Under the pieces are notes generated by a model. That model searched no databases. It saw only the letters and a program-made list of their open reading frames with translations, and was not told the origin of the DNA. Source: Candidatus Latescibacterota bacterium (lineage in GTDB: Bacteria > Latescibacterota > UBA2968 > UBA8231). Taken from it: a stretch of DNA of 64,000 nt. A program made the translations under genes and the position numbers. Numbering within the stretch: the stretch's first letter is position 1; each line of letters begins with the position of its first letter. The stretch spans positions 5,664,001-5,728,000 of the forward strand of contig OZ241867.1 of assembly GCA_965203175.1 (NCBI GenBank). The letters are read 5' to 3'. Shown here piece after piece: positions 1-10,501 of the stretch.

Positions 1-747
1 CGGACTAGGGCAAATCAGACCCCCGGTAACAGCCACCGCCCGGAGTTGATCGTCGCTCAAGTAGCGCACTGTGTCCCGCAGCGCTCGCGCATTGCCGTGC
101 GTAGCAATGACCGGCGCGCGGGCAACTTCCAGCGCATCCCAAAAACAGGCCTCAACCATATGCGTGATATCGACGAGCATGCCCAGCCGGTTCATCTCGC
201 CAATGACCTGCCGACCAGCCTCAGTCAGCCGTCCCGGCGGATCGACCTCGCTGTCGTAAAGCCGCATGGTCGGCCCGTTCCACACCTGCGTCGCCGTGCC
301 CAAGGCATTGCGTCCTTCGTGCACCAAGCCGAGGTGCCGCAACCCCAGCCGATAGAGCGTGCGCAACACGCTCAAGTCGCCCTTGAGCGCATCGCCGCCC
401 TCCAGGCCCAAAACAAAGGCGACTTTCCCGCTCTTGTGCGCCTCTTCGATGTGATCGGCAGTAGTAGCCAGCACTGCGTATTCCCCAGCTTCGCCTTCGA
501 GTTGGCGATGCAGATAGTCGACGATCCGCAAGACCTCCTGCAGGGGATGCCGATTGCCGTGGGGCCCGCCGATTCTCGCATCTGGCACCCAACAAGCGGT
601 TAGCTGAGCCGCGACCCCACCGGCGCGCATCAGGGGCACATCGGTCAGTCCGCCCAAACCTTGGTGCAGCTCGCGCTCCGACTTGAAGGCCAGATCCAAG
701 GTATGGCCGTGGGCGTCAATGATCGGTGCCGTTAAAGAATTGTCCAT
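1..747 (-). CDS. Membrane dipeptidase (peptidase M19 / renal dipeptidase family), 3' end runs off the window
   Basis: Not in the ORF track; translated manually from ATG at 747: MDNSLTAPIIDAHGHTLD...LGLEGGDAL...LYRLGLRH...EMNRLGMLVDITH...PVIATHGNARAL...LSDDQLRAVAVTGG, typical M19 motifs; AAGGGGG SD-like site upstream. Confidence 0.85.
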   Translation of the reverse strand, partial: MDNSLTAPIIDAHGHTLDLAFKSERELHQGLGGLTDVPLMRAGGVAAQLTACWVPDARIGGPHGNRHPLQEVLRIVDYLHRQLEGEAGEYAVLATTADHIEEAHKSGKVAFVLGLEGGDALKGDLSVLRTLYRLGLRHLGLVHEGRNALGTATQVWNGPTMRLYDSEVDPPGRLTEAGRQVIGEMNRLGMLVDITHMVEACFWDALEVARAPVIATHGNARALRDTVRYLSDDQLRAVAVTGGLICPSP

Positions 748-759
748 GCTCGCCCCCTT

Positions 760-3051
760 TTAATCCCAGCGCGGCAGGCCGGCGAAGGTCGCTCCAGGTC
801 TTTGCCGCCGACCTGCCACCGTTCCGGTCAACTCGTACTGTCCCCCTGCCTCGGTGGCAAAGGTCAGCACATCCCCGTTTAGCAAAACCTCGGCACCAGT
901 ACACAGATCGCGCAGCACCACGTCACCTTGCGGCCACGGATTGTGCACGGCGCAGTCCTGGCCGACTTCGCTGGTGATGTGTACCCACTCCACCACTCCG
1001 TCTCGATACGAGGCGCTGACCAAGAAGGCCCCCTCGGCGCGCAGGGAATCAAAAGACGCCGCGGGCCACGCAGCCGGCACGCAGGGAAAGAAGCGGATTT
1101 TGCCTCCCCAACTTTGCAATAGCATCTCCATAACCGCCGCGGCAGCACCCGTGCCTGCTTCTAGGGTATTGATAAAACCATGTTCGGCCGTGTAGAAACC
1201 AGTCTGTCGCCAGTCAACGCTCACCTGCAAGGTGTTTGGCAGCACCACCTGATCGGTGTAAAAGCGCAGCATGGAGTGAGCCATATTAGTGCGCCGGGCG
1301 CGGCAGGCAATCAGCGCCGCCCAAGGGAAAGACCAGCCCGACCAGTGGCCCGTGCCGATGTGGCGCAAATGGGCCAGCGAACGCTCAATTAAATCCCGGT
1401 CGCCAGCGTCGCCTTCGACATTGACGTAACCGAGGGGGTGAATGGCCATCAAGTGGGAAAAGTGGCGGTGGCTGCGCTCCAACGGCACCCCGGCGTAAAC
1501 CTGAATGCCGTTCTCGTCTACAGGCAGCGGCGCTAGGTTTTCTAGGACCTGACCATAAGACGCCGTCTCTTCCTCGCCCAATTCGAGTTGCTCTGCGGCT
1601 TTGATAAGCGTGGTAAACAAATAGCGCACCAGCGCCAGATCAAACGCCGAATCCCGGCCCTTGCACACAATGTCGTCGTACTCGGGCGAGTAGGACCAGG
1701 GCACGTGCAGCACGCCCTCTTCGTCGACTTCAAGGAATCCCAGCCAGAAGCGGCCCACAGCTTCCATGAAGGGCCAAGCTTTGTCGCGCAGAAAGTCCCT
1801 GTCGCCGCTGTAGCAATAGTGCAACCAGAAGTGCTGAGCCAGCCAAGCACCCACGCCGACCTGCAAATTCCAAGGAAACCACATAAAGCCCACGCCCTGG
1901 CCATAGATATCCATATTGGCCGGTAGGTAAGCTCCGCTCCAGCCGAAGAAGGTGCGGCAATTCTCCTCAAAGCGCGGCAACTGGTCCACCAATAGGTCGT
2001 AGAGCGGCATGGCCAGTTCGAGGCGGTTGGCGGCGAAGATGGGCCAGTAGTTCATCTCGGTTTCTAAATTGTGGTGCAGGTCGCCGTAACAAGGCGGAAT
2101 GCGCGTATCGGGGTTCCACACGCCCATGATGGTGACGGGATACTTATCCTCTCGTGCATTGCAGCCCAGCTTGTACATCTCCGCGTACCACAAGCGTTCC
2201 AGAGCGGCGTCGGGCACTTGCAAATGCGAGCGCGTCCAAAAGCGCGCCCACCACGCCAGATGCTCGTCAAAAAGGTCATCGCGTCCCTGCCAAGCCTCCA
2301 CAGCAGCGACCGCCCGAGCCGGCAGCGCATCGCCGGCCGCACCCCGGATCACTGTGACAGCACAGCGAGCTCGGTTGCTCGCCGCGCAGCACTGGCGAAC
2401 GAACACCGCGTACTCCTCGTCACCACTGTATCCCTGCACTAAGTAGCGATCGCTCCCCTCGCCGCCGTACTCGGTCTCGGGATAATCCCATATTTGCATG
2501 ATCTCTTCGCTGCGCTCGTCCAAGCGGCGGACGACCCTGCAAGCGGGCAGTGGGATCTTGCCGTGCGCCTCCATTTCGATCTCGACGATATTCTCGCAGG
2601 CGTGCAAATACCCCCACACAGTCAGCCCCCCCTGATCCAGTTGCAATTCCAGCGAAAAAGCAGCCTCGTAGAGCGAAATCTTGCCCTCCAGTGCGGTCGG
2701 CGTCTGCCCAAGCGGCCATTCGACGCGACCGATCGGCAGCTTGTTGCCCCAGACTCGGTCGGGGGGCCGCACCGGATCGAAGACGCGACAGCTAGGATCA
2801 AAGCTACCGTCGCGGGCTTGCTGCAGGGCCGTTCGGTAATCCATGCCCGGCTCCAAGCTCTGGTCCGCGCGCCGCTCCCAGACATCGGCCTTGTCCAAGC
2901 TGAGCACCATGCGATCCTCCTCAAACCACAGCACGGCACCCAGATCGCCGTTGCCAAGAATAAATCCCTCGAAATAGGTAAAGGGCACCGCGTCGTAGCT
3001 CAGATCGTGGCGGGCAACCCGGTCGCGGATATCCGCGATATTGTCTTTCAC
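760..3051 (-). CDS. Glycoside hydrolase GH95-like (alpha-L-fucosidase 2 family)
   Basis: 763 aa; N-terminal LGNGDLGA, HHNLETEMNYWP, SYSPE, HRHFSHL, GWS and EMLLQS...FDSLRAEGAFLVSA motifs; GTGA overlap with upstream gene. Confidence 0.85.
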   Translation of the reverse strand: MKDNIADIRDRVARHDLSYDAVPFTYFEGFILGNGDLGAVLWFEEDRMVLSLDKADVWERRADQSLEPGMDYRTALQQARDGSFDPSCRVFDPVRPPDRVWGNKLPIGRVEWPLGQTPTALEGKISLYEAAFSLELQLDQGGLTVWGYLHACENIVEIEMEAHGKIPLPACRVVRRLDERSEEIMQIWDYPETEYGGEGSDRYLVQGYSGDEEYAVFVRQCCAASNRARCAVTVIRGAAGDALPARAVAAVEAWQGRDDLFDEHLAWWARFWTRSHLQVPDAALERLWYAEMYKLGCNAREDKYPVTIMGVWNPDTRIPPCYGDLHHNLETEMNYWPIFAANRLELAMPLYDLLVDQLPRFEENCRTFFGWSGAYLPANMDIYGQGVGFMWFPWNLQVGVGAWLAQHFWLHYCYSGDRDFLRDKAWPFMEAVGRFWLGFLEVDEEGVLHVPWSYSPEYDDIVCKGRDSAFDLALVRYLFTTLIKAAEQLELGEEETASYGQVLENLAPLPVDENGIQVYAGVPLERSHRHFSHLMAIHPLGYVNVEGDAGDRDLIERSLAHLRHIGTGHWSGWSFPWAALIACRARRTNMAHSMLRFYTDQVVLPNTLQVSVDWRQTGFYTAEHGFINTLEAGTGAAAAVMEMLLQSWGGKIRFFPCVPAAWPAASFDSLRAEGAFLVSASYRDGVVEWVHITSEVGQDCAVHNPWPQGDVVLRDLCTGAEVLLNGDVLTFATEAGGQYELTGTVAGRRQRPGATFAGLPRWD

Positions 3052-3905
3052 GACCCCTCCGCTGCCCTCCGGCGTGTGGCCTGTCGGCGCGCTTCGCCCG
3101 CTGCCGTGAGTTTGCCCTCCCCATCGTAGTAGCCGTCTTCGTGTCCGGTGACTAGGGGACCGTACAAATCGGGCCGACGCGCGACAAAGCGCGACCGTCC
3201 TTGACTGTTATCCTGTTTCGGCAAGTGGACATATTGCACGCTGACGCATTCAGTTTCGTACTTCTCCAAGTGCAATTCCCCGCTGGGGCTAATGATTACC
3301 GCGCTCCAAGTGTTGGCAATGACAATCCAGCAGTGATTGTCCCGAGCCCGCCAGCGCATTTTTTCAGTGTTCTCCGGCCCGCCGCTGCCGTCCATGGGAA
3401 TGAAAATGACCTGAGCCCCTTGGACCCCCAACACCGCGCAATTGTCCACGGTGCGGTCGCTACACAACAGAAAGCCCAACCGGCCCAAGGGCGTGTCGAA
3501 CGGCTGCAGCGCGCGGCCTGGCGTGATGGCATACTCTCCCGCAGTGGTAATTTTGCGGTAATGGGCGATTACCTCGCCTTGCGGATCGAGCATGACACAG
3601 GCGTTGAACAGGGTCTGGTCTTCCCGTTCCAGCAAGCCGAATATCAGATAGATCCCCAATTCTTTGCACAACGCGCCCGCCCGCTGGATATAGGATCCAT
3701 CCGGCACGGTCTGGGCAATTTCCAACATGTCCGCCAATTGGGATGTGGGGTCTGCGTTAAACACATAACCATCCAGCACCGACTCGGGCGCGACAATCAC
3801 TTGGGCGCGACGCCCGGCCGCCTCCCGGACATAAGCCTCCAGCCGCCGAAAATTATCCTCCAATTCCCAGGGAGCTGATTTCAAAGTGACAATTCCCACC
3901 AGCAT
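3048..3905 (-). CDS. Carbon-nitrogen hydrolase (nitrilase/amidase superfamily)
   Basis: Glu-Lys-Cys triad contexts APES, HYRK, LLCSD; start moved to ATG at 3905 (MLVGIVTLK). Confidence 0.85.
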   Translation of the reverse strand: MLVGIVTLKSAPWELEDNFRRLEAYVREAAGRRAQVIVAPESVLDGYVFNADPTSQLADMLEIAQTVPDGSYIQRAGALCKELGIYLIFGLLEREDQTLFNACVMLDPQGEVIAHYRKITTAGEYAITPGRALQPFDTPLGRLGFLLCSDRTVDNCAVLGVQGAQVIFIPMDGSGGPENTEKMRWRARDNHCWIVIANTWSAVIISPSGELHLEKYETECVSVQYVHLPKQDNSQGRSRFVARRPDLYGPLVTGHEDGYYDGEGKLTAAGEARRQATRRRAAEGS

Positions 3906-3918
3906 GCTCTGTCTCCTA

Positions 3919-5432
3919 TCAGAGGGTAACGGCAAAGAGTTGGGCGCGTGCCATGCGAAATCGCAAATGGATCTTCCGGCCCTTTAGCGCCGACAGATCC
4001 GACTTGCCCCGCCAACTCACCACGGCAGCCAACTCATCCCCAGACATCCGGTCGCAGTCGGCAAAACTGAATCCCTCTAGGGCGGGGACCAAAGTTGCGC
4101 CCGTTCGATTGGGCAAACTGCCATCGACGATTTCCACTTCGACAAAGGCGCCCGGCAACAACGTCTTGAAATTGATCTTGAGCTGCTGGCCGGCGCATAG
4201 CTGTTCGCTCAGGGCAAATTCCGCCCAATCGTCCGCTTCCCAAGCCACCAGCCGATCGCGCTTCCACGTGGCCCAGATGTACTCGTGCGGCTGGTCGGAA
4301 GAGCGGTTGTGCGGGTGCGGACAGGCCAGAGTCAGCACGCCCCAGTGGTCTTGATCCAACTCCACCAGCTCCGGCGTCGGGTAGAGACTGCCATAGCGCT
4401 CGCTCACCGGAATAATCGGCTTGCGTTCCGGCCGGTACCAGAGCTGGCCGTCGTGGCTGGTGGCCAAGTACACATCGACCAGATCGCTGGCCCGACGATA
4501 GGGACTGAAGAACATAAGGTGCTGGCCGTGTGGATGGCGACAATAGCCCGGCGCATAGATGTCCCAATCGGGCGGATCGTCGGGCTCTGCCGTGAGCACC
4601 ATCAGGTGGTTGTCCCACGGCCCGCGAAAAGTATCGGCTTCGTAACGCGACACGGCCCGGCGCCGCTCGCGACCACTGCGCAAATAAATGACGTATTTGC
4701 CGCTATCGGCATCGTAGGTGAGAATATTCTGCGTATCGAGCAAGAAGGGCGGCGCCATGATCGGCTCGGGCAGGTGAGTCCAGCTATAGCCGTCGGCCGA
4801 CACCCCGGCGGTGACCACCACCTGCGAGGTTATGTTGGTGCCGATTTCACCAGCGTCTCCGGCCGCCTCGCGCTTGGCCCGCAATTCCATCACTTCCGCC
4901 CGGCTAGCTGGCCGGCCGTCCACCTCGAACTTGCCGGTAATGCCAATGGCCTTATCTCTTCGTCGCTGCCATTGGGATCGCGCATGACGTTCATGTACCC
5001 ATAGGACGAACCCACTTGGTCGCAGACGAAGAGGATATTGTTATCCTTGGAACCCGCGTATTCGACCCGTCCCAATTCGGGCCGCTCCCAGTGAAAGCCG
5101 TCGTCGCTCTCGGCGTAGCACCACAATCCGGGCACTTTGCCCGGCACGTGGCCGGCCTTCACCCACGGATCTTCGGGGTCGGCAAAGCAGCAGTACCACA
5201 GGCGATAGCGGTCGCCTTCCTTTATCAAACTTGGATAGTGAATATTGCCGGCTTCCCAGCGCTTTTGGCGCGCCATGACCGGCTCAGAGCACTCGGCTTG
5301 CTGCACGGTCAAGCGGATGCCGGTGGGCAAATCTTGGGGAAAATACAGTCCGGCTTCGTCGTGGCTGACGTAGCCGGGCCAGATACCGTGCCAATCGAGC
5401 GCGGGTAGGGTTTTAACCTCTAACTCGTCCAC
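3919..5432 (-). pseudogene. Frameshifted beta-propeller glycoside-hydrolase-like gene (GH32/43/130-like fold)
   Basis: ORFs 4890-5432 and 3919-4923 join at ~4954-4955 (GAC GAA GAG AT AAG GCC = DEE/KA, where the family motif is DP..RYK); the joined product matches paralogs at 5454 and 9038 (YAESDDG, ERPELG, SHDG..W, C-terminal IHLRF). Could be a sequencing error. Confidence 0.75.
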
Positions 5433-5453
5433 TGTCTTTTCTCCTCATCCTCG

Positions 5454-6944
5454 TTAAACGCGAGAGCTATCCCCGGTTCGATAGGCGTACAAGCTCGTAG
5501 CATTATCGGTGCGAAAGTGCAAGCGAATCTCCCGACCGACAAAAGGCGTCAGATCGCGCCGCTCCTGCCCCCACGTAACCTCGCAATCCGTCTCGTCTCC
5601 CCGTGCCAATCCATTGCACGAGTCAAAGTCAAACCCCTCCGGCACAGAGGCCTCCGCAATGACGCGCACCTGCAGGTGTCCAAATAAACAGGTGGCATTG
5701 ACCCCAAGCCTAGGTCCAACGACTTCAATGGGTTCAGTCATCAATTCGCCGCCCCCGATGCCGCAGCGCAGCGCCACAAAGCGATCCTTGCGCAGGGTCA
5801 CTAGGCCAATCGAACTAGTGGAATTGCCCTCAGTACCGTGGGCCTGGGGACGGCCCGAATACCACATGTACAGCGTATCTCCCACAAGGGCGGGAGGATT
5901 GGATGACAGAGAAGCCCAAGCCCCGTCCCAAGTGCCCGGTGAGCCGACCGGCAAAAATTCCTCGCGGCGGCCCACCCGCTGCCAGTGGTCCAGATGCCGA
6001 GCCGTAGCCAGTTGCACCGGCCCCAGTTCCGTGGCCGAGTGCAGCATGCCGATGAAACCAATGTACTGATTGCCATAGACAAAAGGTGCCATCACGTATA
6101 GCTGATCCCTCGGATCATCGAAATCGTCCGGTTTGACAATGGTTCTCAGGGGCGTCCAGTGGATGAAATCCTCACTGCTAGACAAGGCAATGACGCGGCG
6201 GTACTGCTTCCACTCGAGCACAAAGTGGTCCATCAAAGTTTCATAACGACGCGAAGTAGCTAGATAGCGCCGCTGCATGGGATCGTACACCAGTGCCCCC
6301 GCATCGCCCGAGCGAGGCACGTAATTGCAGTCATCCAGTCGCCAGTGAATGCCGTCTGGCGAAAAGGCCGCGTACATGCCGTGGTGGTCGCGGATTTTGT
6401 CGAAGAGCACTTTGCGCAAGGCATTGCGCTCTTGGCGGTCCATCGTGGGCGTTTCCTGCGGAGCGTCCGCAGTGGGACGCTGCTGGTACATACCCATCTT
6501 ATACCGCTTGGACGGATCTGGCTCCTGCAAATCTTTGACCACGCCCCACGGATCCAGGCCGTAGTGAACACCCGGTGGCGGATAGACGATGTTGTTGGCG
6601 CTGGACCCTTCGCAAGCCACGATCCCCAGTTCCGGCTTTTCCCACGCAATGCCGTCTTTTGAGGTCGCGTAACACATAAAGTGCCCCTGGCCGGTGCGCT
6701 CGTACAGGTCGTTGTTGCTCGAGTAATACCACATCTTGAAGCAGTTTTCGTCGTCGTCGTAGAGCACCGAGCCCCACAGTTGCACGGCTTTCCCCTCCCA
6801 AGGCCGGTCGGGTTTTAATACCGGCTCCGTCCGCACGCGCTCGGGACGCTGCACCTTGCGCACAAAACCGGGATGATCTTGTACTTCCACGTCGTCGAGA
6901 AATAGATGCAAACCAGGGTCGTAAAGATTATTGCCCTTCATCAC
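5454..6944 (-). CDS. Beta-propeller glycoside-hydrolase-like protein (GH32/43/130-like fold plus C-terminal beta-sandwich)
   Basis: 496 aa; LFLDD, PWEG, YATSKDG..WEKPELG, DPSKRYK, SPDGIHW, LRKDRFVAL, IRLHF...LYAY. Confidence 0.7.
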   Translation of the reverse strand: MMKGNNLYDPGLHLFLDDVEVQDHPGFVRKVQRPERVRTEPVLKPDRPWEGKAVQLWGSVLYDDDENCFKMWYYSSNNDLYERTGQGHFMCYATSKDGIAWEKPELGIVACEGSSANNIVYPPPGVHYGLDPWGVVKDLQEPDPSKRYKMGMYQQRPTADAPQETPTMDRQERNALRKVLFDKIRDHHGMYAAFSPDGIHWRLDDCNYVPRSGDAGALVYDPMQRRYLATSRRYETLMDHFVLEWKQYRRVIALSSSEDFIHWTPLRTIVKPDDFDDPRDQLYVMAPFVYGNQYIGFIGMLHSATELGPVQLATARHLDHWQRVGRREEFLPVGSPGTWDGAWASLSSNPPALVGDTLYMWYSGRPQAHGTEGNSTSSIGLVTLRKDRFVALRCGIGGGELMTEPIEVVGPRLGVNATCLFGHLQVRVIAEASVPEGFDFDSCNGLARGDETDCEVTWGQERRDLTPFVGREIRLHFRTDNATSLYAYRTGDSSRV

Positions 6945-8028
6945 AGTTCCTCTCCACAGATTGGCCGGTGATATGGGCCTTGGTGATATCGATGATGAGT
7001 TCCACGTCGTGGCGCGCCTCAGTGATCGGCGTGTGGCACTCCACCCCCTCGGTGATACAGGCGTGAAAGTGGCTCAATTCCGCGGTGAAGGCGCTCTCCC
7101 AGGGAATAGCCGGCTCTTTGCGATAGCTAGTGCCGTGCTCGTCAATGCCCTGGATAGTCAGGGTAGAGAGCACGCGGCGCGAAAAACCGGTCGGATAGGT
7201 GAGCAGCACGCGCTTATCGTCGCCGTAGATTTCCAAGGTCTCGCGAAAATCCCACAGCTTTTCCAAGTCAACCCGACTGATGACACAGCGCGCGCCATTG
7301 GCGTATTCGAGCACTGAGGTAATCGAGCGATTGTTCTTCCAGATTTCCGTGCTAATCACAGCGCGGGGCGAGCCCACCATCGTGCGCAAGCTGTAAAGGT
7401 CGTGGATCAAACCGTAGGTGATGCCGCAGACCGGCTCGGCTTGCTCGAAAAGGTCGCCAAAAGCCTGGCGCAGTGTTTCCTTATAGGCACGCCGGCGTTG
7501 GGCGGCGATCGCGGAACGCTGCGAACCCGCGTACTGCACGTTGAAGTGGTCGAGGTGAAGATAATTACTCGGGTGCAAGTGGTTGATCTGGATAAAGCTG
7601 TAATCCAAACCCTCCACCTCTCGTTTGGCCAGCGCAAAGGCCGGATCGTACGCCTTCATGTAGGCGGCTTGGCCCACGGTGCCAGCTTTGTGCATGGCTG
7701 CAATCATGGCGTCGGCTTCCTGCAAAGACGCGCAGATGGGCTTTTCGATGAGCACGTGCTTGCCGGCGGCAAAAGCAGCGATTGCCGCGTCGCTTTTGGG
7801 ATCGGCATGGCAGAGAAGCACCGCGTCGATATCCGCGCTTAGCAGATCGTCGAGGGTGCTGACGTGCCGGGGGATAGCAAAGCGTTTGGCGACGTAAGCC
7901 GCCTGATCGGGGGACACGTCGCAGACAATGGGAACGGCAAATTCCTCGTCGAGTTCCAACAGGTTGGGTAGGTGCTGGACCTGGGCTATAGCACCACACC
8001 CCAAAACACCAATGCGCACGCGGGCCAT
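6928..8028 (-). CDS. Gfo/Idh/MocA family oxidoreductase
   Basis: GVLGCGAIA Rossmann motif; AGKHVLIEKP. Confidence 0.9.
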   Translation of the reverse strand: MARVRIGVLGCGAIAQVQHLPNLLELDEEFAVPIVCDVSPDQAAYVAKRFAIPRHVSTLDDLLSADIDAVLLCHADPKSDAAIAAFAAGKHVLIEKPICASLQEADAMIAAMHKAGTVGQAAYMKAYDPAFALAKREVEGLDYSFIQINHLHPSNYLHLDHFNVQYAGSQRSAIAAQRRRAYKETLRQAFGDLFEQAEPVCGITYGLIHDLYSLRTMVGSPRAVISTEIWKNNRSITSVLEYANGARCVISRVDLEKLWDFRETLEIYGDDKRVLLTYPTGFSRRVLSTLTIQGIDEHGTSYRKEPAIPWESAFTAELSHFHACITEGVECHTPITEARHDVELIIDITKAHITGQSVERNCDEGQ

Positions 8029-8183
8029 GAACGGACTCCTAATTGATAATTTCCGGCTGCCAAGGACCGTTTTGAGTTGGAACCCCTTGAAGTCCGGAGC
8101 CGTATTTGGTTACTTGTACTTTTACGTCCGACAGAGTCGGAATCAATATAAGTCACCAGCCACCATGATCACAGGGAAACGAG

Positions 8184-9041
8184 ATGATGACCCCCGAACA
8201 GCGCTATTTTTTTGATTTAACCGGCTACCTCCATTTGCACGGCGTGCTGAGTGAGAGCGAACTCCGCCCCGCCCAAGACGCGGCCCAGCGCTACATCGAC
8301 GCGCCGCCGGATCAGCTACCAGAGGGCTTTCGCATTGACCTCAACCGCGAGCACTTCAACTGGTACCTCTACGCCTTCGCCTTTGACAAAGCCCTCGAAC
8401 GGCTGGCCATGCACCCCAAAACCTGGCCCATCCTGCTCGAACTGACCGGCGGCAAACCCAAGTTAGGCGGCGGCAATATGATGGTCGATGTCCACGGCAA
8501 ACCTTTTCATCCCCTGCATTCGGGACTCGAATCAGACCTGCGCAAAAACCGGCCGGGCTGGCGTCGCAGTTTTGTCAAGGACGGCAAAATATACAACAAC
8601 GACCTGGTGTTTTTCTTTTATCTCACCGACGTTTTCCCCGGCGACGGCGGGCTCATCGTCGTACCCGGCTCGCACAAGGCCAATTTCCTGCGCGAACATG
8701 ACTACTTCTATCCAGGAAGCTACACCGCCGACGGAGGCTACAACGACGATTATTTCAGCACTGAAGTGCCCGAAGGAGTGGCCAATCCCACGCCTAGAGC
8801 CGGCGACGTAGTCATCATGTCCGAACACCTCACCCACGGCGCGCTCTCCTGGGAGCCCAAAGACCGGGACCGCCGCTTTCTCACCCTGCGCTACGGCGTG
8901 CAGCACATCGGCCCCTCCGACCCCTTTCCCGACGGCGTCAAGGCCCAATTGTCTCCCGAAACCTTGGAGCTAATCGCCGTGCGCGACTTCAACAACCGCA
9001 AAGAAATCACCACGCGCGATACACTAGAATTGACCGTATGA
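8184..9041 (+). CDS. Phytanoyl-CoA dioxygenase (PhyH) family Fe(II)/2OG enzyme, HxG variant
   Basis: FFDLTGYL, PLHSG, YLTD...GGLIVVPGSHK, AGDVVI...LTHGA...RR. Confidence 0.85.
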   Translation: MMTPEQRYFFDLTGYLHLHGVLSESELRPAQDAAQRYIDAPPDQLPEGFRIDLNREHFNWYLYAFAFDKALERLAMHPKTWPILLELTGGKPKLGGGNMMVDVHGKPFHPLHSGLESDLRKNRPGWRRSFVKDGKIYNNDLVFFFYLTDVFPGDGGLIVVPGSHKANFLREHDYFYPGSYTADGGYNDDYFSTEVPEGVANPTPRAGDVVIMSEHLTHGALSWEPKDRDRRFLTLRYGVQHIGPSDPFPDGVKAQLSPETLELIAVRDFNNRKEITTRDTLELTV

Positions 9042-10501
9042 ACGAACTGCTGGTCGAACGCCTGCCCCCCATCGTCGATATCGGCCCCGAACGCCAGCTC
9101 TTCCTCGATGATCTGTTGATCGATTCGCTGGAAAACGCCGCCCGCTTTGTGCATCAGCCGCGCAAACTCGCAGAAAATCCCGTCTTCGAGATGGAAAAAC
9201 CTTGGGAGGGCCAGCGCTTCCTCTACTGCGATATAGCTAAGGACCGCGACAAAGGCACATATAATCTCTGGTACAGCATTTACCCCGAAGTAAATAGCCC
9301 CGGCCTGTGCTACGCCGTCTCAGAGGATGGCATCCACTTCGAGCGCCCCGAACTGGGGCTAGTCGAATTCAATGGGTCAACGGCCAACAATCTGCTCGCC
9401 CTGCCAGCGGGCTTTGCCCATGACATGACGGTCGCCAAAGACGAACGCGAACAGGACCCGGCGCGGCGCTACAAAATGGCTTACTATTACGGGGGTGGAG
9501 TGGGCATGGCCTGGTCGCCCGATGGGCTGCGCTGGACCGCGCACCAGCCCAATCCAGTGATCGCCCCCACGGGCGATGCCTCTCAGTCCCTGTTTTGGGA
9601 CCAGCGCTACGGACTGTACGTCATGTACTTGCGGCCCAACGGCCACCACAAAAAGCGCACCTGGCGCAACCGAGGCGTGCCCTACGACGCCTCAGTTTTT
9701 CCCACTCGGCGCATGGGGCGGGCCGAGAGCATTGACGCCGCTTCGTGGACTCATATCGAAGAAGTGCTCACCCCGGACCAGCGCGACGGCCCTGGCACAG
9801 AGTTCTACTATATGCCCGTGCTGCCATACCAAGGCGCTTACCTCGGGTTTCTCAATGTCTATCACGAGTTCACCGGCGATTCTCAACCGCTAGCGGGCAC
9901 CAACTACACCATCGACGCCCAACTCACCTTCAGCCGCGACGGCCGCCAGTGGACGCGGGTCTGCGACCGCCAAGTCTTCCTCCGCGGCGACGAGCAAGCC
10001 TGGGACGAAAAGCGCTTGTACATCGATCACGTCCAAGTCGAGGACGAATGCATCCGCATCTACTATCGCGGCTCGAACATTCCGCACGCCGGCATCAACG
10101 ATTTACTGGGTACGCAACACAACGGCCGGCCTTTGCGCGGCGATGCCCTAGGTATCGCCGAATTGCGAGTGGATGGCTTTGTTTCTATTGCCGCAGGAGA
10201 CCAGCCGGGAAGTCTGACGACCCGCCCGCTGCGCTTTGACCAAGGCAACGCCCTCCGGCTCAACGCCGACGCCAGCCAGGGCGAAGTGCGCGTCGAGGTG
10301 CGCACCCTCTACGGGGCGGTCATCGATGGTTTTTCTTTAGGCGAGTGTCTGCCGCTAAGCGCAGATTGCACGACCCACCAAGTCCAGTGGCGCAGCGGCC
10401 GCACGCTGGCAGAACTCGAGGAGCCGGTGCGCCTGCATTTCAGCCTGCGCCAGAGCCAGCTCTATTCCTTCCAAATCGTTGCACAAAGAGGTACAGCATG
10501 A
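9038..10501 (+). CDS. Beta-propeller glycoside-hydrolase-like protein (paralog of 5454-6944)
   Basis: QLFLDD, PWEG, YAVSEDGIHFERPELG, DPARRYK, SPDGLRW, SRDGRQW, LRVDGFV; ATGA overlaps at both ends. Confidence 0.7.
   Translation: MNELLVERLPPIVDIGPERQLFLDDLLIDSLENAARFVHQPRKLAENPVFEMEKPWEGQRFLYCDIAKDRDKGTYNLWYSIYPEVNSPGLCYAVSEDGIHFERPELGLVEFNGSTANNLLALPAGFAHDMTVAKDEREQDPARRYKMAYYYGGGVGMAWSPDGLRWTAHQPNPVIAPTGDASQSLFWDQRYGLYVMYLRPNGHHKKRTWRNRGVPYDASVFPTRRMGRAESIDAASWTHIEEVLTPDQRDGPGTEFYYMPVLPYQGAYLGFLNVYHEFTGDSQPLAGTNYTIDAQLTFSRDGRQWTRVCDRQVFLRGDEQAWDEKRLYIDHVQVEDECIRIYYRGSNIPHAGINDLLGTQHNGRPLRGDALGIAELRVDGFVSIAAGDQPGSLTTRPLRFDQGNALRLNADASQGEVRVEVRTLYGAVIDGFSLGECLPLSADCTTHQVQWRSGRTLAELEEPVRLHFSLRQSQLYSFQIVAQRGTA

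Noticed and set aside
46-603. 185-aa plus-strand ORF at the window start
   Set aside because: Antisense to the M19 dipeptidase, which has clear family motifs
8127-8141. TCCGAC-N3-GTCGGA palindrome in the divergent intergenic region
   Set aside because: Only 6-bp arms, one copy noticed, no adjacent regulator; could be chance
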